Positions 18,116-37,921 of a stretch of DNA of 64,000 bases are shown here, piece by piece. Location: the NCBI RefSeq assembly GCF_009914755.1, contig NC_060943.1. The stretch is one strand, 5' to 3'. The notes beneath the pieces were generated by a model. That model had not been told where the DNA came from. It saw nothing but the letters and a program-made list of their open reading frames with translations, and searched no databases. Position numbers and translations under genes: made by a program. This DNA is from the human T2T-CHM13v2.0 reference genome, Homo sapiens. Position 1 is the stretch's first letter, and each line of letters begins with the position of its first letter.

Positions 18116-19137
18116 TTGATTTGTTTTTTTTTTTGGATGGAAGAGCACGTTGCTCGGTAAAAATGCGGCTCTTCTCCAGGGGTCCTGCAACTGAAAGGTA
18201 AGGACTGAGGGTCCCTCAGTCACCTTGGGCCTGCATGGGGTGAGGGAATGAGAACTCTGTGAATGGCCACACCTCACTGAGGATGTGTTTGTATGTGCCT
18301 TTTCTGAAGTGTCAACTCTTATTGGATTGTCAGTGGTCCAGGACCAGACCTGCTGTATGCCAGGTACTATGCTGATCTCTGGTAGAGAGGTAATCAAGAC
18401 AGGATCTGATTTATGCAGCTATTTTTTTGGAAGACCATGTCATGAAGGAAAGCGCAGAGGTCTTGGAAAGAAGGACTTGCCATTGCCGATGTGGCTCACC
18501 GTCTCCATTTCCTTACTTCACCTGGGAGGAGACTGGGCTGTGGCTTCCGTGGTCCATGGATTGGGCAGACTTCAACACAGCCTAGGTGGATATCTGGCAA
18601 GTTGTCCCCGTTAGTGGTGTGTGGCGTTCAGGCAGCTCTTGTGTCTTGCTCTTCTCTTCCCCACCTCCCCTTGTACCATGAGTGGCTTGTCTGCTGTGGG
18701 AGGGGGCAGCACTTGGACCAAAGGCCTGCCCCATGGTCTGGACGGGGCAGGCTGGGATGTGTGTTCCTTGGCCACTTTGGGGCTCAAAGTAGCATCTGTG
18801 CTGTTAGATCTGATCTTGGCTTTAGTTTTTTTTGGCCTTCAGCTCCCTGGTCAAGCACTTGTGGCCAGTGACAGACTGTAAAACACACTGGAAATGTAGT
18901 CTGTTTACTGGGCCTGCAAAACCAGTCGCAATTGGTGACACTGGTGTCCTTGATGACAATTAGAATCATTGCCGTTGTCTTTCTTTTTAGACTTTTGCAG
19001 TCACCAAGAGGGCGGTGGGGTGACACATCTGTGTCACTTCCCTGCCCAGAGAATGCACTGGCTGATCATTTGATATTAAGACAGGTTAGGCCACCCACCA
19101 CGGTGAGCATGCGTGCCCATCATTAAAATGCAGGTTA

Positions 19138-19510
<373 letters not shown>

Positions 19511-22500
19511 CTAGACATCCAGCCACCCAGTTGTCCAGAACGTGGGAGTGTGGACGGCTTTGTTTTGTTCTGTGCCAAAATGGGGCCAGCTGGAAAAAAG
19601 GTGTGCATCACATAATTTTTGCAAGATGTCTCTGAGGATCACGGATAGAGTGAGTCCTTCCTGTTTGGACAGATGCTTTTTACAGGGAAGGGAGAGGAGG
19701 GTGAGGTCGACACTGGAATTGCCCCCAACCCCGACAACCACGTGAGCATGGGGCTCTCCTGGTGTGCCCGAGACAGTGAGTTCTGACTCACGTGTGCACC
19801 TGTGAGTCAAACCCTGAATTTAGGTCACAAACTTTATCACGGCCCAGAAACCTTACCATCCCACTCCAGAAGGGCCCTCACGCACTCCCAGCCCTTCCTG
19901 TTTTGGTGCTTCCCCTCATGAGACTGGTCTTGCCTCTTTTCCGGTTTTCCAGGGATGCACTCACAGAGTCAGTGCTCTTTGGGGTCCGGCTTCCTTCTGA
20001 GTGTTTTGGGATTTGCCCCTGGTGTGTATTGGTGTGCCTCTGAGTGGTGTGCACAGGGCACTTCTCACTTGTCAGTAGACATGTGTGCAGCCTCCAATTT
20101 GGGCCTGGTGTGAGCACCCGCTGCTGTGCAAGGTCCCTGCAGATTGTCTGTTTGTGGGTACGAGTCAGCATTTCTCTTGGTAAACACTCAGGTTAAACTG
20201 CAGGGTTACAAATTGTGTGTGTGGTTAGTCGTTTTAGAGAAACGACTGGGCTTTTCCCCCAAAATGGTCTGTGCTTTTCACACTCACAGGTGTGGCAGTC
20301 CAGCATACCGTCTTCACTTGTTGTTCTCAGTCTTTATAGTTTTAGCCACTGGGTCCCCAGAGAGGTTGAGGTCCAGACTTGGCCTACACGTGTGGCTCTG
20401 TCTTAAGCCCGTCACCCTTGTCCCTCTTTGATGGAAGCACGAGGCCAGGCAGAAGAGCCCACTGCCCCTTGTGCTAGTCAGTCACATAGCGGATGCTCGG
20501 ACAGTTGCTGGTGCCACAGAACCCCTATCATCGTTGTGTTGGCTGCCTGCATACGGGTGGAGGGGTTGTCTTCACAGCGATGTGCAGAGCTGAGCTTCCA
20601 CCCCCTGCTCTCAGGACTATGCCTCCCCGCAGCTGCTCCCGGCCCGCCGGCCGGCTGTCTACAGGAATGCACGTCCTTGAATGAGATGGACGATGGACTA
20701 ATGTGGCACAGCTGTCGACGTGAGGGCTCAGGAAAGGGCTGGGTTCTCATAGCCCAGGGACATGGTTTGTGGCCCTCACACTGGCTGCCTCCTACAGCCC
20801 TCTTGGCAGGGATTGAACCCCTAAATCCCCCATCGGGGTGCCAGAGCTTTGGAAGTCCCACAGCAAGAAGCCATTTTCCCTTTGTGTGACCACTGGCCTG
20901 TCCCAGAGTCAGGGTCCAGACAGGGGGCTCCGGAGCGGGGTACTCTGTGGGCGGCTCTCTGGAGCCCCCCCCTCCTCCACTGCCCCAGCCCCTCCCCAGC
21001 ACCTGTTGAGGGCTGGCTGCTGCCTTTCACTTGCTAATTCTCTGTCTGCTTCTGGGCAACTTCCAGGAGAGGCTGGGTGGCCCCAGGGAGTGCCTTCACC
21101 AGCTCCGACTAGAAATCCACAGCCTGCGGGCATTTCTTAGCTCATGGGAACTGAGAGGTATGTTCCCTTGGGAATCTGTTTTGTGCTCCCTTCCCTGCCT
21201 TAGCCGCTGCCCCTCCAAACCTCAGTGGCCACCGTCTGTCTCCTCCTTGTTCTCTATGTCACCCCTTTCCTGCAGGCTCCTCATCCAATTTCCCTTTATC
21301 TGGGACTCTAATCCCAGAAATCGCTGAAATGTGAGGGGTCCACCTGTACTTCTAAGAATCGTTAGATTATATAGGGGCACCAGGATAACAGACTGCCCTG
21401 TTTCTAACTCCCCAAGTCCTCAGCTCACATGAGGGCCGTAGCATGAGCCGGCCCGGTGCCAGGTAAAAGAGCATCACTGCTGGTCTTCCTGAACTTCAGC
21501 TTCTCCAAGGTGTTGCCAGCTCCCTGTTGCCTTTAGACGCCCTCCTCTGGTCATGGAGGGGACTCGGATCCCTAACTTTGAAATGGGGCTTCTCTCTTGG
21601 ACAGTGCAGGCTCTCTGGGGATGTTATTATCCTGTGGTGGCTCTGACAGAAAACCAGAGGCCACACTTTATATGGACATCGAGGTAATCACCAGTAAATG
21701 TTTGGCCTTCTCTGTCTGAACTCTTCTCACACATCTGTAAGTTGAGCAGATTTGCAGATTAAGCAGACCTCTTCCTTCTTTTTAAATGACTTGCTTTCTG
21801 TTTTGCTGCTGCGGCTTCTGATATCTCCTCCCAGCATGTATTCCTGCTGTTGTCTTATTTGTCACTCACTGACAGGCTTCTCTTCCTGTAACTGATGTCC
21901 CAGCTCCTGTAGCGGGTTATTTAAATGTCCCATCCACAGGGACAAGACGGGGAGGGTGTCTGACCAGCACTCCGCTGTGCCCACTGAAACTGGGTTTAGC
22001 TATGTTGCTTTTCAGTCTGCAGCCAGCTTCCCTGCCATGCTGCAAGCAGTTGCAGTGAAACCAACCTGGAGGCTACGGGGCGGCTTCTGAGTGCTCCTTA
22101 GGCCGAGAGCCAGTCCTGTCCCTCATGGTCCCCTAACCTGGTGAAGGAGTGGAGCGAAGGGCAGTGGGCGCCAGGCCTTGGGGGTCTCTGTGTGCAGAAC
22201 AGGTAGAAACAGACGGAGTGGATACCTGGGAACCTGCAGGGGCATGTGTGATCCCAGGTGGGACAGGCAGGCGTCACACCCAGGGGGGCAGTGTTTTCCC
22301 GGTTAGCAGAATATGCCCCTGGAAGAAAAGAAAAGCCTACCTGGTTAGAAGAGATCTTTCTGAGGTTTTTCTTCTCTCTCTTAAGATGAGCATATGAATT
22401 ATAATTTGTGAGCCTGAGGGGGCAGCTGGTGGTAGAAAAAAGAACGTGGGTGTCTGACAGCCTGGATCGGCCATGTACTGAATCTCTGTGTGGCCTGGGA

Positions 22501-23801
22501 TAGTCTGCCCCCACTTTGTGAATGCCTCTTGTCTCCTCTGTGAATTGAGGCTCCACCATAGTGTAAAGTCACAGTGCTGAGAGGAAGGCAGGGTAACGCC
22601 TGAAGCCAAGCTGGATCTGCTGCCTTTGGAAACACTGAGTTACCTGTGGCTGAGGCTCGGGCAGATGCCACCGTTCTCTCTGGAGGGTGGGAGACAAGGG
22701 AGGGGACGTCTGATGGGTGGAAAGATGGGAGACATACCAGATGTTGCTATGTGCCTCCCTTGCTTGGGACCTGTGCCATAGGACTGCGGATTTTTAGAGC
22801 TTATATCTTTAAAATAGTTGTGACGTCATCAAATTGAAAAGCTTTGGGGGTTCATGCGACTGAGACTTGATGCCATGCAGAATTCCTCAAGGCAGGGCCC
22901 TGATAGCTTTCGTACAAAGAGCATTCTAAAGAGAGCCATCAGTCCAGGCCTCCAGGAGACTTGGCGTGTCTGCAGGCGGTGTGGGAAGAGTGGTCTGAGG
23001 GCACTCTCTGGGGGACTGCAGCCCAGAAATCATGGTGCACCGGGTGCAGGGGTCAGAGTCTGAAGGTACACGGTGGTAGGAGCAGAGACCGGAAAGGTGG
23101 TCTGGGATAGATTGTTGGATGCAGGAAGGGTGGAACATAGAGTTGGGACTGGGCCTTGGGTTTGGGACCCCCCTCTGGAGAAGGGAGAGTTGATGCTCTG
23201 AGCCTAGGTGGAGCCCAGGATCTCTCAGGCATTTGGACGGGAGAGAGGTGGCCAACTTGCTGGAGAAGGAAGGAGATTCCTAGTCCCGGAGACCAGCAGT
23301 CTAGGGGCAGTGGGGCACAAGATTCAGAATAGCGTCCTCACACTGAGGTCCTGGGTGACCTGGCCAGCCATGTTCCTGTGTTTGATCCACAGCCATAGGG
23401 CGTCGCCCGCTTTCTGTGACTTAGGTAAACATAGAGGCTGTACAGTTGCCACATAAGGCTGTAAGAACCTTAAGGTGACCAAATTTTGTTGGCTGATGAT
23501 TAAATAGGTTTTATAAGCAATTATAGTGTATCTTTGGGGTGAATCCTATTAAATTTTTAGTACCTCTCACTTTTCAAAATACAACTTTGGCAGCAAAAAG
23601 AAAGTTACATGGGCCATGATACATCAGCAGGACAGGACCCAGGATCCCAGCCTCTGTACTACTGTCGAGGCTGCCAGAGATGGGAAATCCTTTTCCTGAA
23701 GCACTGGCACCTCCCCTTTTCCATCTGTGGGCCCCAGACAGCAGTTGGATTTGTGGGATATGTCTGTTGACATTTACTGTGTTAGAAAATTTGAAAATAC
23801 T

Positions 23802-24316
<515 letters not shown>

Positions 24317-24319
24317 CCT

Positions 24320-26100
<1,781 letters not shown>

Positions 26101-26814
26101 TAATCGCATTTCATGACTGCCCCCCGAGGTGAGTGGCGTCCCCTTCTGCAGATGAAGAAACTTGGCCTCATTGAGGTTTGGTGAATGGGCCAGTCGCCCC
26201 AACACCTGCAGAGGTGCACCCAGCCCCCTCAGTGGTCCTCGTGGGTCACTTGTGGCCATTCTGCACTGAGCAACTGGAGCAGGTCTGATTGGGTTGTGGG
26301 TGTACCTAGCTGGCTAGGGGGACAGGTGCAAGTGATGGGGATCCAGCCACTTGTGATGCAGATGTTTAAAAGAGGGGCAGGAGGTTTCCAGGCACAGCGA
26401 GCACTTTCCATTCATTGAGAAAGTTTGTGGTCGTTTCAGAAGCAGTGTGTGTTTCATGTTTGTGGCTTTCATGCACACAGGTGACTTCTCTCTCCCTGTG
26501 TATTGGCGAGGAAGCTGGCATCTCTCCCAGGAGATGCCTTCAGTTCATTTGCTGTAGGGAGTCCTTCCTCCACCCTGCTTGAGGAGTTCTCACCATGTTT
26601 TCTCCCTGGAGGAAAGTGGGCCTAGCATGGGTGTAGGGACCAGCATCAGGAGGGGTGCTGCGATCAGTGGCCAGGGTTTCTCCTCCTCTTTGTCCTTTAC
26701 TCTCCCCACACCAGGCCCTCAGGAGCCTGGATTCCTGAGCTCCACAACCATCCTACCCCTTCCAGCAGGCTTTGGCCCACTTGCAGTGTGAGTGTCCACC
26801 ACCTCTGAGGTTTG

Positions 26815-27927
<1,113 letters not shown>

Positions 27928-28864
27928 TCACATGGGGCCTATCCTCTCTAACCCCACACCTCCTCTTTAGGGTTCCCCCAGGGTCCTGGCACAGTGAGGG
28001 GTCCACACAGGAGCTCAGGTGCTGTAGGAGCCCAGGTTGTCTGCAGGTCCTGGTGTGTGACCTTAGGAAGTCATGTGGCCCTCCCTTAAGATTGTTCCCT
28101 GTACTGGGAACTGGGGGTAATGATGGAGCTGTGGAGAGGATTATGTGGAAGGGTGAATTTTGGTGGTTGGCCTAGGAATGGCCATCATAAAGGCTCAGCA
28201 GGTGTTTACTGGGTTTTTGAAACCTGAAAAGTTAGCCTTTCATTTCTTCGATTGTAGTCATTTCTAATGCATGTGTCTTCCTGTATTTCTAAGCAGAACG
28301 TGCTGGATTTGATGTGGCCTCCCCCATGGTGTCAGCTGCTGACAAGATTGGGCTGCAGTGGCCTCTGTGGGCGGGTAGAGGCTGCTGGCCCACATGAGCA
28401 TGGTACTAAGGTCTCCTAGGCTTGTCTCTACTACCCTCAGCCAAGCTATTCTGCACGCCCCCGAGACTGGCCCCTGTCACAGTGAGGTCCTCTGGGCCTC
28501 CCTGGCTGGGCCCTTTGACTTCAGGGGCTGTTGCGTTCCTAGAAGGCGTTCTGGCAGCGCCGGCTGGCCGCCCCCTGGCTGTGCTGATGCTGGGGGCGGG
28601 CACTGCATGGGGCTCCTCTGCTCTAGCTGGGGACCTGGGACTGCTCCCTTCTGTACTGGGGAAAGGAGAGCAGGCAGGGATGGGCTCAGAGGTCTGGGCC
28701 AGCCACACAGACTCTCTCTCTTTTTCCTGAGCTCTTTAGCCAGCACTGTGGCAGTGCTCACCATAATGGATTCCCAGAGCGGTCGTTGGACCTGAAGTCT
28801 CCAGGAAGAATGATGGCTGAGTTTCAAAAATCCCATCCCAGCTGCTCACCTCCACGGCCTCTGA

Positions 28865-30314
<1,450 letters not shown>

Positions 30315-33300
30315 CTGTCATAGGATTTTTCTAGGAGTGTTTCTTGAAGGCAGGTAGAGAGACTGGATGAAGCATGAGGAATTGCTTTCTGGCTTGACTC
30401 ACTTCACTCCAGGTGCTGCCTGAAGCTGGGGTGCCTCCCAGCCTGCAGACTGCCTCCTCCTTTTCCATGGGACCCTCTTCAGCCCCTTTCATTGTTGGGC
30501 AGCTCTGGTCTCCCACATGACCTTCCTAGAGCTGTTCTCATCTTGAGTCTGCACCTGTCTGGGGGGCCTCTGTGCAGGCTGCTGTTGGTCCCTCTGTCAG
30601 GGGGTGCTTTAAGGCTCAGTGGGTAGTTACTTGGGTAAACCCTTTCTTTCCCCCTTCTCTTTCCCTGCTTTGTCCCAGGGTAGCATCTGAGGGAGGAAGT
30701 GGAGTTACAGTGATATGGGTTAGCTCCCCAGGGGCCAGCCTGGGCCATTGGCTCCATTAGCTTAGTGGTTTAAAGCAGCGAGGTATTGACGTTTTTCAGT
30801 CTGTCAGTTCTGCTGGTTGGCTGGTCCCGCCCAGCTGGGCACTGTTGCTGGGGCCCTCTGGTCTTTGCAGTTGCATGTCAGCTGGGCTGGGTGTCCCCAG
30901 TGGTTTCATCACTCACATGTGATGGCCAAAACAGCTGGGACTGGCTGGACCAGTCTCTGTGCCTGTCTCCATCTCCCCCACTATAGCGGGGGCTAGTGTG
31001 GGCCTCTGATCCCGTGGTGGTTTGGGGCAGTCAGACCTCAGCTCTCCTAGAGCAAGCATTCCGAGGGCTCAGGCAGAAGCTGCAAGGCTTCTGTGACCTC
31101 ACCTGAAAAGGCTGCCACGTCACTTCCTCTGCATTCTGTAGTTTGGGAATTGAGCCATAAAACCAGCCCAGGTCAAGTACTACGGGGGCTATGAGTAGAT
31201 GCAGCCAGAGCCTCCGGCCTCCTCAGGACTGCAGAGATGGGCCGGGGGCCTTGCAGAGTTTGGTCTGGTGTACAGGGTTTGTCAGCCATGAGTATTAGGG
31301 CTCCTTCTTCATATCCACAAAAGCGCTTGGACTCAAAAAATAGGAATTTGGCTTCCAGGGTCTGTTGCTTTACAAAGACGCACGATGACACACAATTCAG
31401 AAATCCTTGTGAGTGAGTTTCCCTTTCCTCCAGCAGCACAACATCTATGTGCACGAGGGAAGCAGCTGCCCACCGTGCAAGGGGGTCCATCAGTCCGTGG
31501 CGCTGGTTCCTCCTGAACTCACAGCCCCAACCCTGGAACCTCCATCAAGGCAAGAGGAGGAAGTGGGCGCTCCCCAGCCTTGCCAGGCCCCCAGCAGACC
31601 CAGTCTGCCCTTGGGGGGTTTGTGAATGTTCAGGTGTCACATTTCAGGACCTGTTTACTGAGATTGTCTGCTCTGTAATGGGCTCCCACTCTTTCCTCAG
31701 AAAGCTGTCAGGTCAGGCAGATGTTTCAGGTTTGCCATTGCTTCCATCTGGGAGCTGCAAGGCGAAGGCACGGGCGGCCTGTTTGCTGCCCTTATCTTCC
31801 CAGTGTTGGGGACCCCAGGAAGTACTGTCTTCTAAGGCCCGACAATCCAAAAGAAAATCACTCCTGCATGCTCCTATCCCCTTCAAGGTTGCATCCTGTC
31901 AGAGCATCCATCTTGCCTCTGGAGGCCGTGGTGCTGCTGCCATCTGGGTTTTGGGGGCTGCTGGATGTGGGCGGCTGGCTCTGAAGAGGCAGCATGTGAT
32001 CTGACAGCAGGATGCTCCCGCCCCACCAAATGACAGCCTTGGGGCAGCTCCCGGCAAACAACTCCATTTCCTTCTCCGAGGTGGGAATGGGACCTGGTGC
32101 AGGGGACGCAGGCTGTCGGGGCAAACCTCTCTCTCCATTCTAGGGGCATGCAGGGTGGCTATGAGTGCTCTCAGGAAGGTCACTGTTCCCGAGGCCTGAG
32201 CTGAGCACTTTCAGATCAGCAGGGCTGCCTGATCCCCCTGCAGCCAGCCGGCTGTCTAAGGTGCCCGAGCCTCCTCAGCACTGAAGTCTCACCTCACCAG
32301 GCAGCCCTGAGAGGCTGCGGGACAGGGATTCCTCTGCCCTGCCATGCAGGAGCCATGGAGAGGGAAGTGTCACTTGCAAGAGGCAGAATCAAGTGAGACC
32401 CAGGTGTCTTCTAGCTCACTGGGTGAGGGCTCTCTCCACAGCCTGACTTGCCGGCAGTCGTTTGAAGTCCAAGGCTGGGCAAGGGTGGCCAGTGAGCTCC
32501 AGGCCTCAGCTTGCTAAAGGAGCTACTCCACAGGAGCATGCGGGCTCAGGGCTCAGCACCCTCACATGACAGGCTCAGCCAGCCTCTCCCCCATCCCCAG
32601 CCATCATAGACTTAGGAGGAGATTCCTGGCTCTGAGGACATGGGGGCTTGCCCCCTTCTCTGGGGCTGTGGTATCACCCCAGGGCTGGATACCCCCTTGC
32701 CCTTTGTTCATCTGGTCCTGGGAACACCTTGTCCCTTGTTGGGAGCTGAGGCTGTGCCACAGAGTGGGGCCATAGGTCCCTGGGTGCTGTGCCGGTGCCA
32801 CACCCACCTGAAGGAGGTCGTGATGGCCCCCAGCTCAGGGTGCAGGAACCTGCTTGTCAGACAGGTGCTGACATGTCACCCTGCAAGGCAGGGGGAGGGA
32901 GGGCTCATCTTCATAGGGGGGTGGGGTGGGGTGCCGTGCAGGGAGCCAAAGGCACTTAGATGGGCTTGCTGGGCCGAGGGTGGGTGGGCCAGTCACTGGG
33001 CTGGGGGTGGCTAAGGAACACAGACCCACCAGCCAGCCCTTCTTGGGAAGCTCTGGGGGGTTTCTGCTCAGACCTGCACTCCCCCGAGTGGAACCCCGAG
33101 TTCTGCCATGACCTTCACCCCGAGGCAAGGGGACAGGGCCGGGCAGGCTTCCTGAGGCATGTTGAAGAGGGATGTTCTGCAGGCAGAACATGGCCATGCT
33201 GGGCCATGTCTGTGGGCCAGGCCCCAGGAGGGCGGGGGATGTTAACAGCTTGGTTCATGTCAGGTAGGGCCTGGTGAGCCCAAGATGAGTGTTTGCACAA

Positions 33301-36124
33301 GGGACAAGTGAGCTGGCAGGGCTGGTGTTGGCTCTAGCAGAGCCCTCATCCCACCCTTGCACACAGCCAGCAGCCCACCCTGCTAGGCCTGAAAGAGGTG
33401 AGGAGGAAAGGTTCTAGTGGGAAATGGTTCTGTGGCTGGAGAAGGCATTGCTGGGCCCTGCCTGTCTCCCCAAGCCAGCCTGGAGGAGGATTTCTTGTAC
33501 CGAGGCCTCACGAGCTACAGGTCATGGTCATCCCTAACTTCCCTAGTGTGTGCAAGACTTGGGGGATCTTGCTGAAATACAGACTTTGATCAAGCAGGTC
33601 TGGGGCAAGGAGGACACGCTTCATTTATACAAGTTCCGGAGAAGCTGCCCTGCTGCTATGGCGGTGACAGCGGTGGTCAGACATTCACGGGGCCAGCCCC
33701 AAGCCCACCTACAGCCTTGCCCCCACCTGCCGCTCCCCTGTTGTGTCTGTCCATCCTGGTAGACTGAACCCTAAGGACAGAAATTCCTTTTATCCAGGGG
33801 TTCCTCCCCACTGCCTGCTATAGCACCTGCTTTTTAAATGAGCTCTCAGCAGATGTAAGGAATGAATGAATGAATGAATGAGGGAGAGGGGTATGTCTTT
33901 CCTGCATACCAGGCAGGCCTGTTCAGAGAACCACAAAGGTCCCAGCCTCCAAGGACAGCTCCTTCCCGGCACTGGCTGAGGGGACACTAAATATTAACCA
34001 CGTACTGGCCGCTGGTTGCTGAGCAGCTGAAAGCCATAACCTTTTGCTGTGGAAGTGGGATCGTGTCTCAATTTAAGTTTATAATCCCGGCCTCTCCTCC
34101 AGGAAATTCTATGGAAGTTCCTGGCAGGTAACAGAATTTCTGTGCTTGTGAGGTCAGGGCCAGTGCCAGCGGGTCAGGGAGTGGGGGTGGTGCGTGTCAG
34201 CGAGCGGGTGAGACCATTTACGCTGATAACAGCCTGGCCTGCTTCCAGGGATTTTTGTAGGTCACATAAAATCTCTTGATCACTACGTTTTACATTAAGG
34301 CTTCTCAAGATGGGCAGGACGGGCTTATGGGATTTGTCCTGAACTATCACATCACTTCCAAATAAACTTGGTGCCCGGGACGGCTGCTGTGGAGTGAATG
34401 GCAGACGCTGTCCCTGGGCCACGATGCCATCCCTCTCAGCATGTTGGGCTAGATTTCCACTGGTTTTGTTTACTTTAGACAGTTTTTATAATTAAATATT
34501 TCCCTGAAATAATGCCTGCAATCATTTTGAGCCACATGCTCTTTTTCCTGAATTAAAGATCTCTTTTAGAAAGTACTGAGACTCTTAAAGCCTCTCTCCT
34601 TTAAAAAGTGAGCTTAACAAAGTTTTTCATTTTAGAAACTTAGAGGGGCCAGTGACCCTGCTGTGTGCGGTGTATGTAGAGGTGACTGGAGCCTGTGGTG
34701 CAGCAACAGTCCCCTGTGGGCTGGCGCCACACAGGAAGTGCCTGCAGCTCCACAGCCCTGGGGTGAGCCTGGCGCCTCCATTTTCTGACAGTACCTGAAC
34801 CTTTACCTCCCTTCTCAAAATGAAGGCTGCGTGTCACAAACCGGTTGGAACTGGCCGTTGCCATGGTTTTCACGTTGGAAGGCACAGTTAAAGGGTCATG
34901 TGACCAAGGAGGGAAATGCCTTTGTCACATGACTTTTTGGTGGCCTGATTAGCATACAGGAAGTTCACTCCCTGCTGGCTGCTGGGATGCTGAGTGATCA
35001 TTGATGGGTGGTGACATCATCTCTTGGATGAGTTATTGATTAGTCGCAGGCCAAGATGGGGCCAGGGAGCGCTGTGGGCAGAGCAGCCCTCTCAGGCAGC
35101 TTCAGCTGCTAGGTGGTCTGGACCCCTCGCCTACCCTCTTCCTTCAGGCAGGTTTGAATTTTATTAGACATCTCACCTCTGGAAGAAGCACACGCCCTCA
35201 ATAAGATGATAAGAAGGGTTAAGTCCCTTAGAGCTTGGCTGTCATTTCATTTCAGCTCATGCTAGCCCAGGAATTGTGTCTGTAACTCTATACAAGATGC
35301 TGCCTTGGCCCCCTGCTCCCCTGTTCACTTTGGAGGCCACCTGGGTGGAGGCCAGCTGCTGCACCTCTGTGCTGAAGCCTTGGGACTGCCTGCCTCTGAG
35401 GTGCTCAGTGTGTGTACACGTCCAGGGAACCTGGAATTAGAGCCCTGAGGTCACCTTGAAAGTCGATCTTGGGCGGCATGGGGCCGGCAGCAAGGAGAGA
35501 CATGCTGGCGGTTTGCTAAGACCTGAGTGAGGTGTCCTGGGTTACTTTAGAAACAAACTACCCGGTTCTGGGCTTCAGAATGTGGGCTGATAACCCCTTG
35601 CCTGGGGGATTGTATACTTCGAAATCGTACCTTTCTGTCCACGCCCAGGTCTCTGGTGAGAAGCTGCTTCATCAGGGCTAGGACCAGCGTTCAGGTACAG
35701 CCACCACGTAGCTGTGGTGGGTGGAATTAGGAGGGACCAGAGGAGAGCAAGTAAAGCGGTTCCTGAGTCCAGCATCTGGCGAGTCCAGGGTAGCATTGGT
35801 GAAGCCTTAACCTCTGGTGCTCTGTGTCTACCCTTCCCTGAGGACGCAGCTCATGGGTGTGGAGGGGACCTCAGAGGTCCCGAGGGCTGCTAGAGCAGAG
35901 TCAGGTTCTTCATCCTAGCGACTCTCCTCAACCCTGCCGGGGTCTAATTATCAACTAGACCCTGGCACAGCAAGAGCCAGGACAACTTTGAGCTGCGGCA
36001 ACCAGTTAACTTTGTCCGAGTTTGTTCTCTGGGTCACAGTGCCACCTAGAGGACGTGTCTGTCCTTGGCTGGTTTTCCTGCTGACAAAAAAAATGGACTT
36101 GATTCACTTCGATGAATGTACAAT

Positions 36125-36507
<383 letters not shown>

Positions 36508-37788
36508 TCAGCCTTGCGCCTTCAGTAGTGTCAGCTGTACACATACATCCTAGAGGATCGTTCACAGGAAAGGGAAAATCAGACTAGTGTGTTCCTGCCT
36601 GGGTCAAATGACTTGGGGTGCCTTGAGCACTTGTCTCGGAGCCTGGCCTGCAGTTAGCACAGAATGGATATTCACTGTTTCCCAGTTCTGATGAATAACA
36701 GCAGCTCATCAGCCACACTCTTAGACGTTTGTGACCATACTTTGACAAAATAACAAAAGAGGAAAGCCTGCAAGTACTTCCCCGATTGTCCCCTGGTGCT
36801 TCCCAACTGGTAGTGAGATGCCGTGGGCCGACGGTGAAAAGGGGAGGAACAGGCCTTAGGTCAAGTTCACAGGTGGAAGTGAGCTCCCCAGACCGTGGCA
36901 AATTCATTAGAAAGAAAAAGGTGTGGGGGCTGGAATCATGAGAACTGTCTCATGTTGCAGTTTTGAGCTGGGACTTACGGAGTGGGCAGCAGGGTAACAG
37001 GCAGAATGACCTTGGCATCCACGTGGGGCTGGAGGCAGCCAGCCAGAAACCAGTCCATGAGTAGATCAGGCAGGTGAAGAGTCTCTGGTCTTTGAGAGAA
37101 CTTGTGTCCTAGTCAGTTTCAAAACAGACAGCCACTGCCGCCATGTGGGGCCCAAGAAGGGCCATCTAGCACCTGGTGCCACCTTGTGAGCAAGCTGGCA
37201 GCCTGTGGATACACCCCTCGGTCTTCTGGGGACAGGTTGGCTGCCAGGTGTGAGGGCTTTGGCCTGCCTGAGTGGAGAGAAGAAAATCTGGTTCACGCAG
37301 GGAGCTGGGCTCCCCTTCAAGGGGTTTCCACCATGGCCAGGGGCTGCGGGCTGGTGGCGAGGCACACACATGCCATCAGACCCAGCATGCTCAAGCCCCC
37401 ACAATGGCTAACACTGAGCAGGGCCCCAGGATCCCGAGCCGAGTGTTTACCTGATCCGAGGCACACGGTAGAGGGAGCAGCCATGTTTTCCAAAGTCACC
37501 ATGTCATGCTCAGGGGCATACGCACCCTCAGCCCTGGCGACATGGCGGCAGGCATGAAGTCCCTACCATCAGGGTGCCCACCTGGGCACTGGGATTGGGT
37601 GCCCTATGACGTGTGGGTAAGAAGAAGGAGGCAGCCTGGGAGCCATGGGGCAGGGCAGGGGATGTGGAGGATGCAGGGCAGACAGGGAACAGACGGGGAG
37701 GTCTCAGCTCCCTGCCATGTGTCCACAGGGGTGGGCACTGGGTCCAGCTGTCAAGGGCGCTCTGGTCACTACTGTCTCCACCCCACAG

Positions 37789-37921
37789 TGACATGAAGTC
37801 CGAGAGGAGACCCCCCTCACCTGACGTGATTGTGCTCTCCGACAACGAGCAGCCCTCGAGCCCGAGAGTGAATGGGCTGACCACGGTGGCCTTGAAGGAG
37901 ACTAGCACCGAGGCCCTCATG
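37789..37921 (+). CDS. GATAD2A: GATAD2A coding exon 2 ([21 protein letters not shown]...TEALM)
   Basis: ccccacag|T acceptor and ATG|gtgagc donor. 133 nt restores frame (cumulative 402). Contains SIM-like VIVLSD. Confidence 0.96.
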
